DNA from: Acholeplasmataceae bacterium
GTDB taxonomy: Bacteria > Bacillota_I > Bacilli_A > Acholeplasmatales > Acholeplasmataceae
DNA: 64,000 nt
Direction: 5' to 3'
Assembly (NCBI GenBank): GCA_963676425.1
Contig: OY781090.1
Span: 1,324,277 to 1,388,276, forward strand
In this document: positions 1-12,045 of the stretch, in pieces
Position numbering within the stretch: the stretch's first letter is position 1
How the letters are laid out: every line of letters begins with the position of its first letter
The notes under the pieces: model-generated
The model's input: the letters and a program-made list of their open reading frames with translations, nothing else
What the model was told of the DNA's origin: nothing
Database searches by the model: none
Translations under genes and position numbers: made by a program

Positions 1-2
1 TT

Positions 3-866
3 ACATTAGGTCATTTCGGTGTTAAATATGCAAAAAAAAGAGGTATACCTTTCGTTACTAATTTTTCTACTAACTTTGTGGAATACCTGCCTTATTATAA
101 ACTTGGTTTTTTAAAAGGTTTTGCCTGGAAGTTTTTTAGAAACTTTCACAATCAAAGTCATATGACATTTTGTCCTTCAAACACTACTAAGCTTCTACTA
201 GAAAGTAAAAACTTTAAACATGTTGAACTTTTTGGTAGAGGCATCGAACAAGAATTATTTTCTCCTGATAAATTTGATTTAAATTTAAGACAACAAATAT
301 CAGCTGAAAACAAATATATATTACTATACGTCGGTCGTATATCTAAAGAGAAACATTTAGACACTTTAATTGAGTCTTATAAACTACTATCAAAAGATCA
401 TAAAGATATTCAATTAGTTATTGTCGGTGATGGACCTTACTTACACGAATTAAAATCTAAAAGTCCTAAAGATGTAATCTTCCCTGGTTATAAGACTTCA
501 AAAGATCTTCAATCATATTATGCATCTAGTGATCTATTTGTTTTTCCTTCACCAAGTGAAACATTAGGAAACGTTGTACTTGAAGCTATGTCTTCTGGTC
601 TTCCAGTTGTTGGTGTAAATGCTGGTGGTGTTAAAGAAAATATCATCCCTGGTTATAATGGTTATTTAACTGAAGTTGATGATATTAAAGAAATGGCTCA
701 AACCATTTTGATGATTAAATCAAATCAATATTTAAGCAAACAATTAAAAGCGAATGCGCTTGATTTTACAAAGAAAAAATCTTGGCCAAATGTATTTAAT
801 AAATTATTAAATAAATACCAAGATTTATCATTTAATGAGTTATCATATAGAAAAAGTCTCGATTGA
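3..866 (+). CDS. Glycosyltransferase family 4 (GT-B fold), 5' end truncated by the window edge; possibly a glycolipid synthase
   Basis: The frame stays open back to the window start (TLGHFGVKYAKKRGIPFVTNF...). Motifs: GRISKEKHLDTLI, VIVGDGPY, FVFPSPSETLGNVVLEAMSSGLPVV (EX7E-type GT4 signature). TGA stop at 864..866. Confidence 0.8.
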   Translation, partial: TLGHFGVKYAKKRGIPFVTNFSTNFVEYLPYYKLGFLKGFAWKFFRNFHNQSHMTFCPSNTTKLLLESKNFKHVELFGRGIEQELFSPDKFDLNLRQQISAENKYILLYVGRISKEKHLDTLIESYKLLSKDHKDIQLVIVGDGPYLHELKSKSPKDVIFPGYKTSKDLQSYYASSDLFVFPSPSETLGNVVLEAMSSGLPVVGVNAGGVKENIIPGYNGYLTEVDDIKEMAQTILMIKSNQYLSKQLKANALDFTKKKSWPNVFNKLLNKYQDLSFNELSYRKSLD

Positions 867-871
867 GACTT

Positions 872-1732
872 TTATTTTTGTTTATTCATAAAATCTATCA
901 TGATTTGTTTTGCTTCTTCTACACCATCTTTTTCTAATTCAATAAAGCCGTGAACTGAATCCATAAATTCATGTAATTCAACATCGACATCAGCTGATTT
1001 TAATCGATTCGCATAATCAAGACCTTCATCATGCAGTGAATCATGACCAGCAAGTATCATTAATGTATTAGGGTTCTTTTCTATGTCTTGCTTGGTTGCG
1101 TATATAAGTGATATTTCAGGTGTGATTGCTTTATCTTTATCATCACCTACATAAGATTCATTAAACATAGTTGCAAGCTTTGGATGAACAGCACCTTTAA
1201 CTTTCTTTTTAAGTTCTGGTTTTCTTGCGAGATCTAATGGTGGATATAGTAATATTTGATATTTAAAACTAAACTTGTTTAAATGTCTTGAACGATTAAC
1301 GAGCGCAGCAGCGAGATTAGCGCCAGCACTATTACCTCCAATACCGATATGTTTAGGATTAAATCTATAAACATCTGAAACTTCTTTATACGTTTGAATC
1401 ACTTCATAAATTGACTCAATCGCGATAGGATAAGGGTATTGTGGTGCCTTAGGATAATCAATACTAATAATTTTAATTTGTGCTTTTTCACTTAATTCAA
1501 TATTTGTCTTAATATTGTAATCAGCAGACATTAAAACGAATCCTCCACCATGTAGGTCGACATATAGTGGTTGAACTTCTTTTCTATGAAAACCAATTTC
1601 TAATACTCTAACTTTTCCATGAGTCGTATTAATAAAACGTTCATTGATTTGTCTGCGATATTTCTTAAATAATTTTCTACCTTTTGTCTTGGTTAATTTC
1701 TGTAATAAAACTGCTTTTAATCTTGTCGCCAT
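872..1732 (-). CDS. Alpha/beta hydrolase fold-3 esterase/lipase (HSL family)
   Basis: Oxyanion motif HGGGF (VDLHGGGFVL), nucleophile elbow GNSAG, downstream DSLHDEG and HGF for Asp/His. 286 aa. Confidence 0.8.
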   Translation of the reverse strand: MATRLKAVLLQKLTKTKGRKLFKKYRRQINERFINTTHGKVRVLEIGFHRKEVQPLYVDLHGGGFVLMSADYNIKTNIELSEKAQIKIISIDYPKAPQYPYPIAIESIYEVIQTYKEVSDVYRFNPKHIGIGGNSAGANLAAALVNRSRHLNKFSFKYQILLYPPLDLARKPELKKKVKGAVHPKLATMFNESYVGDDKDKAITPEISLIYATKQDIEKNPNTLMILAGHDSLHDEGLDYANRLKSADVDVELHEFMDSVHGFIELEKDGVEEAKQIMIDFMNKQK

Positions 1733-1837
1733 GATTAACCTCTCTTTATGCTATATAATTTATCATATCATTAACACCTATATTTAAAAAGGACATATAT
1801 GTCCTAAAAAAATAAAAGGACTTTTTTTATAAGTCCT

Positions 1838-2851
1838 TTACCTAATCTGATAAATAGATTCGTCCATTTCATCACATATATGAATAAATCTATGTTCTTG
1901 TTCTTTAAATACTTCTACTATTTCTGGATCAAAATGAGTACCACTTTGATTGATGATAATATCTTTAGCCTCTTCAAAAGTAAATGCATCTTTATAAGTT
2001 CTCTTTGATGTTAATGCATCAAACACATCCGCTAATGCTACAATTCTTGCAGGCAATGGTATTCTAGTACCTTTTAATTGCTCTGGATAACCTGTCCCAT
2101 TAAAGTATTCATGATGATACTTAGCGATTGATATCGAAATTTTTAAGAATCTTGAATGTCTTCTTGTTTTATATTGAGACTTTAATATTTGAGCACCTTG
2201 TAATGTATGGTTTTTCATAATTGCATATTCAACTTCAGTGAAAGTCTCAGAACTAAATAAGACTTGATCTTTAATGACTAATTTACCAACATCATGTAGA
2301 TGACTTGCCCAAAATATATCATCAATAAAACTGCTTGTTATGAGTTTTTTATATTTCTCATGCTCTCTTAACCCTTCAGCTAAAACTTTACTATAGTAAG
2401 CGACTCGCTTTAAATGATCTGCTGTTTCAATATCTCTTCTATCCATGAGATCAATATATGTTTGAACCAGTGATAATTTCTGATATCTATTTGAGGCATG
2501 CTTAAGAAAAGTCAACTTCCTCATAATTGACATATAAGATTCACTATTGAAAATTACACCATCAAATTGAAAATCTATGAAGACATCTAGATTTGCTCTA
2601 TCTTCTTTAGATAATAATAGATATATTGATGTTCTTGTTTCATAATGTTTTTTTAGTTCATGAAGTACCTTACTTCTTTCAAGTAACGCTGCCTTTGATT
2701 TAACAATCATTACATCATAGTTAAACTCATTATGTCTTTCTAACACTTGATCAAAGCTAGGTAAATAATCAATTGTCGAACATACTTTATTTAATGCACG
2801 ACTAACTGTTTCACTTATATGGTTGCCTTCACCAATAATTAAAACTTTCAT
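1838..2851 (-). CDS. HD-GYP domain phosphodiesterase with an N-terminal receiver-like domain lacking acidic phosphoacceptor residues
   Basis: HLHDVGKL (HD) and HHEYFNGTGYP (GYP) motifs. The N-terminal ~110 aa have a CheY-like pattern, but VLIIGEGNH replaces the DD pocket and DVMIVKSK replaces the phospho-Asp position. Confidence 0.8.
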   Translation of the reverse strand: MKVLIIGEGNHISETVSRALNKVCSTIDYLPSFDQVLERHNEFNYDVMIVKSKAALLERSKVLHELKKHYETRTSIYLLLSKEDRANLDVFIDFQFDGVIFNSESYMSIMRKLTFLKHASNRYQKLSLVQTYIDLMDRRDIETADHLKRVAYYSKVLAEGLREHEKYKKLITSSFIDDIFWASHLHDVGKLVIKDQVLFSSETFTEVEYAIMKNHTLQGAQILKSQYKTRRHSRFLKISISIAKYHHEYFNGTGYPEQLKGTRIPLPARIVALADVFDALTSKRTYKDAFTFEEAKDIIINQSGTHFDPEIVEVFKEQEHRFIHICDEMDESIYQIR

Positions 2852-2915
2852 AATTATACCTGCCTTAACTTAATTATACATTATATAATATTAAGCAGTA
2901 GGATAATTACTCAAT

Positions 2916-3590
2916 CTATTTTATATATTCCAAAATCTTAGATGTCACTAAACGATAGCCATCAATCGATAAATGAAGCCCGTCATATGTATAAGCTTCA
3001 TTTAACTGGTTGTCTTTTGATAATGTGTCATTTAAGTCAATTAAAGTTACTTGTTTCATATCTTTGATTGCTTCCACAATTTCCATGTTGATTTGATTGA
3101 TGATTTCATTTGTTCTAGATTGAACCACACCGCCAAATTTTTGATCTTTGTTTACTGGATAAACTGCTTCTACAAATATACGAACTTCTGGATTATCTTC
3201 AATTGTCATTTCACACATCTTTTTAATGTTAGGTGCAACTTCTTTAACACTTGGTGCTCTTTCAATATCATTAGTACCTACAAGTAAAACAACTGTTTTT
3301 GCTTTTACATCTAGGATTTGATGTTGGATATTATCAAGTATTTCTCCAGAGGTAATGCCACTGATACCTCTATTATACATCGGACCTAGGTCACATTCAT
3401 ACATTTCTGCTAATGGATATCCTTCAGTAATTGAATCTCCCACAAATAAAATCCCATCAGCTTTAACTGTTTTGTTTAATGCTTTAAAATTATTTACTTT
3501 TCTTTCCAAATCTCCAATCATCCAACAATTGAACATTTGATTTAATTTTTCTTGCTCTTCTGGTGTAAACACCGGCATTTTGCATTCCAT
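2916..3590 (-). CDS. SGNH/GDSL hydrolase family protein
   Basis: Block I FVGDSITEG, block III GTND, block V DGLHLS. SD AGGGGAG lies 7 nt upstream of the ATG at 3590. Confidence 0.8.
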   Translation of the reverse strand: MECKMPVFTPEEQEKLNQMFNCWMIGDLERKVNNFKALNKTVKADGILFVGDSITEGYPLAEMYECDLGPMYNRGISGITSGEILDNIQHQILDVKAKTVVLLVGTNDIERAPSVKEVAPNIKKMCEMTIEDNPEVRIFVEAVYPVNKDQKFGGVVQSRTNEIINQINMEIVEAIKDMKQVTLIDLNDTLSKDNQLNEAYTYDGLHLSIDGYRLVTSKILEYIK

Positions 3591-3733
3591 AAAGTAACTC
3601 CCCTTTTTATATTGTTATCTATATTTTATCATTTAGTTTATCACTTTAACAATGTTTAATTTTACGATAATCAAATTGACAAAATCAAAGGTGTTTGCTA
3701 ATATTATTTTATACACATCCTAGGGGGTTTAAG

Positions 3734-4510
3734 ATGCAAGAGATCAATTATGATATGGTCATTGAAGAATTACAAAAAAAGAATTTATATAATATTCAAA
3801 AAGAGTTAACAATTCAAAGAAAAACAAGAACGTTTGTGATGAGTTTATTGCTTGCTGCTTTTACTTTTACATTTGTTTATGGAACGTTAGAAAATCCTTT
3901 TACTTATACATTAAGTAATATTGGAAACTTTTTTAATTATAGATTTTTATTTATTGTTTGGTCAGTGTTAAGTGGGTTAAGTATTGAGATCACTTTAGTC
4001 ACATTGATGCGACTAGAAAAATATAGCGATAAGAAGACTATTTTATATTTATATCTAGCAACATTTTTCTTGATTGCAACAGCACTCATTCCAGCATTAA
4101 AACAGGATTTCCCTTTCTGGCATTATACACATGTCACAACTTCCGTATTACTCGCCATTTTTTATACGTTATCAGTTATACCGTTTTCAATTTGGATATC
4201 AAAAGAGAATCCTAGACTTAGACGTATTATCATGGGTTGGTTAATCACGATTTGGGTTGGTTCAGTACTTATGGTCATCTTCTATCAACATAGTGCATTA
4301 TTTGAAATATGGTTCTTTGGTTCAATGATATTATTTACTTTATATTTATCGCTCATTTTATTTGAAGAAAAGATAATTAAGATGAGTATTAAGTTAATGT
4401 CTGAAGAACAGAATCTAAATGAAGCTGTTGAAAAAATATTTATTGACTTAGAAGCTATACAAAAAGCAAAATTAAAGAAAGCTTTAAAACAAGCTAAAAA
4501 AGAAAAGTAG
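3734..4510 (+). CDS. Multi-pass membrane protein of unknown function with a Lys-rich C-terminal tail
   Basis: Six or more hydrophobic segments. The start at 3734 is preferred over the ORF-track 3695 because a GGGGG SD sits 6-7 nt upstream of ATG 3734. Confidence 0.6.
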   Translation: MQEINYDMVIEELQKKNLYNIQKELTIQRKTRTFVMSLLLAAFTFTFVYGTLENPFTYTLSNIGNFFNYRFLFIVWSVLSGLSIEITLVTLMRLEKYSDKKTILYLYLATFFLIATALIPALKQDFPFWHYTHVTTSVLLAIFYTLSVIPFSIWISKENPRLRRIIMGWLITIWVGSVLMVIFYQHSALFEIWFFGSMILFTLYLSLILFEEKIIKMSIKLMSEEQNLNEAVEKIFIDLEAIQKAKLKKALKQAKKEK

Positions 4511-4546
4511 ACAAATATGTCTACTTTTTTGTTGTCAGATTAATAA

Positions 4547-5404
4547 TTATTGTTCATCCATGAAAATACCAATACCAATAACATCAGGTCCTACATGTGC
4601 ACCAACAACTGGTGTTGAAGGAGCTTCATATAAGTTTTCTAGATTTAGTCTTTCCTTAACTGTTTCTTTAAAGAATTCTTTTAATCTTGGATTACCTGTA
4701 TAAATGATATATGCTTTAAACGGTCTACCATTTGTATATGCTAGCACTTTATCAGCAATTGAATTTAGTGCTGTTTTAATATTTCTAATTTTCTCAATTG
4801 ATACAATTTGTCCAGTTGATTGAACTTGTAAGATTGGTTTAATTTTTAATAATTTACCAACAAATGCTGCTGCACCTGATAATCTACCATTCTTAACTAA
4901 ATATGATAGTGAATCAACAGCAAAGAAAATCGTGTTATTCTTTTTCATTGATTCTAATTTTTGATCTACTTCTTCAAATGATTTACCTTCTTTGATCATC
5001 TTTGAAGCTTCTAGCGCAAACATACCTTCATTAAAACATACTGTATATGTATCAAATACATGAATTTCCATTTTATCTTGAAGTTCTTCTGCAGCTAATT
5101 GAATAGCATTATGCGTACCACTTAATTTTGATGAAATAGTCGTTACATAAAATTTATCATATCCTTGTTCATTTAAAGATTCGAAATAAGCAATCACTTC
5201 ACCAATTGCTGGTTGTGATGTTTTTGGCACTAATTCAGGATCTTTATTTAAGATATCATAAAATTCATCCGCTTTTAATTCTGTACCATCTAGGTAACCT
5301 TTATCATCTAAAAAGATTTTTATTCTTAGTATTTCTATATCATGTTCAAAAGGATAGTAATCTAATCCCCCTGTTGATGTATCAATCACGAGTGTTTTTC
5401 CCAT
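4547..5404 (-). CDS. DegV family fatty-acid-binding protein
   Basis: 285 aa. PKTSQPAIGE and SSKLSGTHNAIQLAA match DegV hallmark segments (TSQPS / SGTYQSA). Confidence 0.8.
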   Translation of the reverse strand: MGKTLVIDTSTGGLDYYPFEHDIEILRIKIFLDDKGYLDGTELKADEFYDILNKDPELVPKTSQPAIGEVIAYFESLNEQGYDKFYVTTISSKLSGTHNAIQLAAEELQDKMEIHVFDTYTVCFNEGMFALEASKMIKEGKSFEEVDQKLESMKKNNTIFFAVDSLSYLVKNGRLSGAAAFVGKLLKIKPILQVQSTGQIVSIEKIRNIKTALNSIADKVLAYTNGRPFKAYIIYTGNPRLKEFFKETVKERLNLENLYEAPSTPVVGAHVGPDVIGIGIFMDEQ

Positions 5405-5489
5405 AAGAACCTCCTAAAAGTCTTAATAGTATTATAACAAAAAAATCAGTAACATGATAGTATATGTTATAATTTATTTGGTGAATAAT

Positions 5490-6095
5490 ATGTATGAAAT
5501 TAATCAAATTTATGAAAATAAAATAACAATCAATAAATCCGATTTTATCGCGATATTATATCCTGTATCTTCTAAAGAAGATATTGATATATGTTTAATG
5601 GATGCTAAAGAGCGATATCCTAAAGCAACTCATTATTGTACTGCTGCGACTTTAGGTGATAACAGAGAGTGGGCAAAATATGATGATAACGGTGAACCTA
5701 AAGGGACTGCTGGTCTTCCAATTTTAGATGTCATTGATCATCATAACTTAACAAATGTCTTTTGTGTAGTCATTAGATACTTCGGTGGTATAAAACTCGG
5801 CGCTGGTGGACTCGTTCGTGCTTATTCGAATGCTACCTCAGAAGTATTAAAAACTGCCAAATTTCAGGAGAAAAAGGCAGTTTATACGTATTTATTAACA
5901 TTCCCATACACATTAATCCATCAAATTGAACAAATTGTTTTGGATAAAGGTGTTATCTTAGAAAAATCTTTTCTTGAAAACGTAAGTTATCAAATTTATT
6001 TAACTGAAGATGATATAAGTTGTTTTGATGAAATTAAGCATTTAATTGAAATCGAAAAGCAAGATATTAAATATATATATGTACCTATTTTATAG
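5490..6095 (+). CDS. yigZ: YigZ / IMPACT (UPF0029) family protein
   Basis: KATHYCTAATLG...DDNGEPKGTAGLPILDVI and VVIRYFGGIKLGAGGLVRAYS are typical of the IMPACT N-domain. ATG 5490 is preceded by GGTGA; the ORF-track start 5454 is less likely. Confidence 0.75.
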   Translation: MYEINQIYENKITINKSDFIAILYPVSSKEDIDICLMDAKERYPKATHYCTAATLGDNREWAKYDDNGEPKGTAGLPILDVIDHHNLTNVFCVVIRYFGGIKLGAGGLVRAYSNATSEVLKTAKFQEKKAVYTYLLTFPYTLIHQIEQIVLDKGVILEKSFLENVSYQIYLTEDDISCFDEIKHLIEIEKQDIKYIYVPIL

Positions 6096-6107
6096 GTACT
6101 TTTTTTA
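6081..6107 (+). terminator. Rho-independent terminator between convergent yigZ and the CotH gene
   Basis: Hairpin GTACCTAT-ttt-ATAGGTAC (6081..6099) followed by TTTTTTT. It overlaps the yigZ stop codon. Confidence 0.55.
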
Positions 6108-7634
6108 TATCTCTTCAAACCTTCCTTGTTGGTATTCATTTGTCATAACTGCATCCGCCATCCAATTGACTCTATCTTCAATATATGATGATAAATACTC
6201 ATATTGTTTAAAAGCTGTATTAGCCTCTATCACTTCATTAGGATTTGGCCAAATTGATAAACCTAATCTGTGCCATACTTGTTCATCTTTAGATAGCATT
6301 AATTCTAACGATGTATAAAGTTCATGTATCTGATTTATATATGTATCTTTATCATTTAAATAAAATGATAGAAATCTCTCTTTAAACATATCTCTAATTT
6401 CTGGTATTTGCATCATCTTATTAAACCAAATATTTTTATCAGATCTAAGTCCATAAAAACCTACTGGTCCATAATCAATATAATCAGCATTACCATAAGC
6501 AAAATCAAAATCCCATAATGGTCCAAATGTTAATTTACCCGACTTATCTTTAAATAGATAAACACTACTGTACCAATTATCAACATTTTTAGTAATTTCT
6601 TGAACTATGAAATAATCTATCCATTGATTGATATCGACGTAATTTTGATATGTTCCTAGATCGAATGATTGGTATGCTTCACTCAAATAATTTTCAATAG
6701 CATCCCTATAATCTTTTGTAAATGTTAAATCTGTAGGATTTAAATCTTTAATCTCATAATATGTTTGATTCATTTCAATACACGCAAGCGTATCAATATT
6801 AGGATAATAATCCACATATCTCATATCAAGTTCTATAAAAAAACTTAAATCATTGATATCTGCATCAATTGTTAAATCTAATTTGTTATTTGTAACTTCT
6901 ACTTGTTCTGTTAAAACATAAACACCTAAATAAGCATCATTAATATATAGATCAACATATCTAGTTTCTAATGTATGTCTTAAATCAAAATATTTCGATA
7001 ATTGATGTGTCACTACATTTCTCATCAATGATGGATCTGCATATTCAGCTAATAACACATAATCTTTTGATTTAGGCATACCAAGTAATGATATACTTTC
7101 ATCAAATTTCAATCGATATGGCTTTTTAGGATAACTATACCAAGTAGAGTTCCCACGCCCTCTTATTTGGGCACTTGTATTATTTGTGATAAATTGTTGT
7201 TCACCATTTATTTCTGATATAAGTGAAGTTGTTACAGGTAAATATGTATCTCTATTAATATCATTTAAATCACTATCCATTTCAATAAATAAAAATGATT
7301 CATAATTTGCTAATGTGAGACTTAAAAGTTTTACTGTTTTTTTATCAGATGCTTTTGAAAAACCTTTTTCGACTACGACTTCTATTTCAATATCTTGATC
7401 AGTATCAGGACTTATAAATTCATAGACATCGACGTATGTTATATCATCAACAATAAAACTTATGCCATAGCCCTGTTTACTAGGGATAATATAATCACTA
7501 TTAATCTCATCTGGTATTAAATCAATAATTTCTAGTAATTTTTGATCGACGTCATTTTGATAAAATCCGATATCACAACTTGCTAAAATAAACGCCAAAA
7601 AAAGAATGATGAGGATTGGGCTCGTTTTTTTCAT
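6105..7634 (-). CDS. CotH kinase-family lipoprotein
   Basis: Signal plus lipobox MKKTSPILIILFLAFILASC. CotH-type segment IRGRGNSTWYSYPKKPYRLKFDESISLLGMPKSKDYVLLAEYADPSLMRN. SD GGGAGA lies 8 nt upstream of ATG 7634; the ORF-track 7649 is a TTG. Confidence 0.75.
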   Translation of the reverse strand: MKKTSPILIILFLAFILASCDIGFYQNDVDQKLLEIIDLIPDEINSDYIIPSKQGYGISFIVDDITYVDVYEFISPDTDQDIEIEVVVEKGFSKASDKKTVKLLSLTLANYESFLFIEMDSDLNDINRDTYLPVTTSLISEINGEQQFITNNTSAQIRGRGNSTWYSYPKKPYRLKFDESISLLGMPKSKDYVLLAEYADPSLMRNVVTHQLSKYFDLRHTLETRYVDLYINDAYLGVYVLTEQVEVTNNKLDLTIDADINDLSFFIELDMRYVDYYPNIDTLACIEMNQTYYEIKDLNPTDLTFTKDYRDAIENYLSEAYQSFDLGTYQNYVDINQWIDYFIVQEITKNVDNWYSSVYLFKDKSGKLTFGPLWDFDFAYGNADYIDYGPVGFYGLRSDKNIWFNKMMQIPEIRDMFKERFLSFYLNDKDTYINQIHELYTSLELMLSKDEQVWHRLGLSIWPNPNEVIEANTAFKQYEYLSSYIEDRVNWMADAVMTNEYQQGRFEEI

Positions 7635-7646
7635 GTATTTTTCTCC

Positions 7647-7676
7647 CAAAAAAAAGCATAGAAATGTCTATGCTTT
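7647..7676 (-). terminator. Rho-independent terminator ending the atp operon
   Basis: On the minus strand, stem AAGCATAGA-cattt-TCTATGCTT is followed by a T8 run. Confidence 0.65.
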
Positions 7677-7893
7677 ATAATAAAAATTCTGCAAATAGTT
7701 TAGAAAATCTTACCATGATTTCAGCTAAATTATGTGCAAAGATCAAGGCAATTAAGAAGTATGCTGCTTTTATTTCCCAAATTTGATATTTTTCAAATTT
7801 ATTTTCAATATGAAGTGCTCTAAGAATTCTTAACGCAATCATGAAGAATATAACAATTGATATAAAATATATAATTTGTTCCATTTGCTCCAT
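7675..7893 (-). CDS. Small two-helix membrane protein co-transcribed after atpC
   Basis: 72 aa with two hydrophobic helices. SD AAGGAGAG lies 6 nt upstream of the ATG. It sits between atpC and the operon terminator. Confidence 0.5.
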   Translation of the reverse strand: MEQMEQIIYFISIVIFFMIALRILRALHIENKFEKYQIWEIKAAYFLIALIFAHNLAEIMVRFSKLFAEFLL

Positions 7894-7904
7894 AGTATCT
7901 CTCC

Positions 7905-9688
<1,784 letters not shown>

Positions 9689-10528
9689 CTACACATTTGA
9701 ACCATTGACTACGTCAATAAGTTCACTTGTAATTTCTTGTTGTCTCGCTCTATGATATTGCATGTGAAGACGATCAACAATTTGGTTTGCATTATCGGTT
9801 GCGTTTTTCATCGCGATCATACGTGCTGCATGTTCACTTAATTTCGCATCTGCTAATGACTCGAATATTTTTGCTTCGATATATATACTAATAGTTCTAT
9901 CCATGACAAGTTCAGGACTTGCATCATAAATATAGTCACTATGTACTTTTTCTTCATCAAACTGAATTGGAAGAATTGATTTTTTTTGGACAACTTGTGA
10001 TGCAGTATTTTCATAATGATTATGGAAAATAACAACTTCATCAACAAAATCATCTGCGTAAGCTTTTTTAATCACATCTGCATAAGATCTAATAGACATT
10101 GTAATTAAATCATCACGATGGAAAATAACTTCATCATTAATCATAGGTAAGTCATTCTTTTGTGCAAAGTAATATCCTTTTTTACCTATGGCTAATACTT
10201 TGTAATGATCTTTTTTCATATCTTTTGTTTCAGTTAAAAATGCTTTGAAAAGTTGATTATGATAACTTCCGCATAATCCACGATCAGCAGTGACTAAAAT
10301 ATATAATTTATTTGGATCATTAATGGGCTCACAATATCTAGATACGCCATCAATATTTTCGTTTGCATATTTTAACACATCTAATAACTTACTTGAAAAT
10401 CCTGATGTATGACCTAGTAGGTCTGTTGATTTTCTAATTTTAGATAATGCAATATTATGCATTGCTTGTGTGATCGTTGCTGTTTTTTTGATGGCATCCA
10501 TTCTAAGTTTAATTTCTTTTAAACTCAT
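9689..10528 (-). CDS. atpG: F1 ATP synthase gamma subunit
   Basis: [16 protein letters not shown]...ITQAM N-terminus and [16 protein letters not shown]-terminus are typical of gamma. Confidence 0.95.
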   Translation of the reverse strand: MSLKEIKLRMDAIKKTATITQAMHNIALSKIRKSTDLLGHTSGFSSKLLDVLKYANENIDGVSRYCEPINDPNKLYILVTADRGLCGSYHNQLFKAFLTETKDMKKDHYKVLAIGKKGYYFAQKNDLPMINDEVIFHRDDLITMSIRSYADVIKKAYADDFVDEVVIFHNHYENTASQVVQKKSILPIQFDEEKVHSDYIYDASPELVMDRTISIYIEAKIFESLADAKLSEHAARMIAMKNATDNANQIVDRLHMQYHRARQQEITSELIDVVNGSNV

Positions 10529-12045
10529 CTGATAACCTTCTTAAGTGATTTAATAAACTTCTCTAGTTCTTTTGTATCTGGAAGACTCTTAGTTTCAGTT
10601 AATACCTTGTAAATTTCTTTACCATGATCATTCATATGAAGACCTTGAGTGATTTCTGATTGTAATTTAATCACTTGTTCTAAGTTAAGATCATCCATGA
10701 AACCATTAGCAAGCGCATAAATCGTCACGATTTGAGTAGGCATTTCAATAAGCTCATGAACATCTTGTTTTAAGATTTCAACAGTCTTACGTCCACGTTC
10801 TAATCTTCGCTTAGCATTTTGATCAAGATCAGAACCAAATTGAGCAAATGATTCTAACTCACGATAATTCGCTAAGTTAATACGAAGTGTACCAGCTACT
10901 TTTCTCATCGCTTTCCATTGTGCTGAACCACCAACACGTGATACAGATAAACCAGCGTTAATCGCAGGTCTTACACCTGAATAAAACAATTCTGTTTCCA
11001 AGAATATTTGCCCATCAGTAATTGAAATAACATTCGTTGGAATATATGCTGAAATATCGCCAGCTTTAGTTTCAATAATAGGTAGGGCAGTAATTGATCC
11101 TCCACCTAATTCTTTATTTAACTTAGCTGCACGTTCTAATAATCTTGAGTGAAGATAGAATACATCCCCTGGATATGCTTCTCTTCCTGGAGGTCTTCTA
11201 AGTAATAATGATAACTCTCTATATGCAACCGCATGTTTAGATAAATCATCATAAACAACCAATACATCCTTACCTTGTTCCATGAAATATTCCGCCATGG
11301 TTACACCAGCAAATGGTGCTAAGTATAATAATGTACCTTCTTTAGATGCACCAGCATTAACGACGATTGTATAATCTAGGGCACCTTTTTGGTTAAATAA
11401 TTTAACAAGTGATGAGACACTTGATTCTTTTTGTCCAATAGCAACATACACACAAATAACATCTTTACCTTTTTGATTGATGATTGCATCAATCGCTAAA
11501 GTTGTTTTACCTGTTTGTCTATCACCAATAATTAATTCTCTTTGTCCTCTACCGATTGGTACAAGGGCATCAATAACTTTAATACCAGTTTCCATAGATG
11601 CATTAATACCACCACGAGCCATGACGCCTCTAGCTTTTCTTTCAACTGGTAAGAATTCATTTGTTTCAATAGGTCCCAATCCATCAAGTGGTTGTCCAAG
11701 TGGATTAACAACACGTCCTAATAACGCATCACCAACTGGTACTTCAAAGATACGTTTAGTTGTTTTAACTAAGTCGCCTTCTTTAATTAAATCACTTTCG
11801 CCTAATAGAATGACACCAACTTGATCTTCTTCTAAGTTGAATACAAGACCTTTAACACCATGAGGGAATTCTAATAACTCACCCATCATGGCTTGCCCGA
11901 TACCATAAACAATCGCGATACCATCACCAACAGATAAAACTTTACCTATATTTTCTAATTTAACATCTTTTTCAAACGATTCAATTTGTTGTTTAATGAC
12001 CTCAGTCATTTCTTTAACTTTTAATTTAGCCAATTTTTTCACCAC
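10525..12045 (-). CDS. atpA: F1 ATP synthase alpha subunit
   Basis: Walker A GDRQTGKT; conserved alpha subunit sequence. Confidence 0.98.
   Translation of the reverse strand: MVKKLAKLKVKEMTEVIKQQIESFEKDVKLENIGKVLSVGDGIAIVYGIGQAMMGELLEFPHGVKGLVFNLEEDQVGVILLGESDLIKEGDLVKTTKRIFEVPVGDALLGRVVNPLGQPLDGLGPIETNEFLPVERKARGVMARGGINASMETGIKVIDALVPIGRGQRELIIGDRQTGKTTLAIDAIINQKGKDVICVYVAIGQKESSVSSLVKLFNQKGALDYTIVVNAGASKEGTLLYLAPFAGVTMAEYFMEQGKDVLVVYDDLSKHAVAYRELSLLLRRPPGREAYPGDVFYLHSRLLERAAKLNKELGGGSITALPIIETKAGDISAYIPTNVISITDGQIFLETELFYSGVRPAINAGLSVSRVGGSAQWKAMRKVAGTLRINLANYRELESFAQFGSDLDQNAKRRLERGRKTVEILKQDVHELIEMPTQIVTIYALANGFMDDLNLEQVIKLQSEITQGLHMNDHGKEIYKVLTETKSLPDTKELEKFIKSLKKVIR

Noticed and set aside
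864-866. Possibility that TGA encodes Trp (Mycoplasma/Spiroplasma code 4)
   Set aside because: TGA terminates well-delimited genes, such as the glycosyltransferase here. All conserved proteins are full length under code 11, with Trp at TGG. Code 11 applies.
3695-3733. Upstream extensions offered by the ORF track: 3695 for the membrane protein, 5454 for yigZ, 7649 for CotH, 15531 for upp, 29463 for the NMO-like gene, 47064 for the DUF3137-like gene, 26262 for the acidic protein
   Set aside because: In each case an internal ATG has a properly spaced purine-rich SD. The extension either overlaps a neighbouring gene or terminator, or adds non-conserved residues.
11477-11824. 115-aa plus-strand ORF inside atpA (similar cases at 12596..12811, 13886..14221 and 9853..10053)
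   Set aside because: It is entirely antisense or out of frame within highly conserved atp genes. It is low-complexity, with no SD. This is a typical shadow ORF of AT-rich coding DNA.
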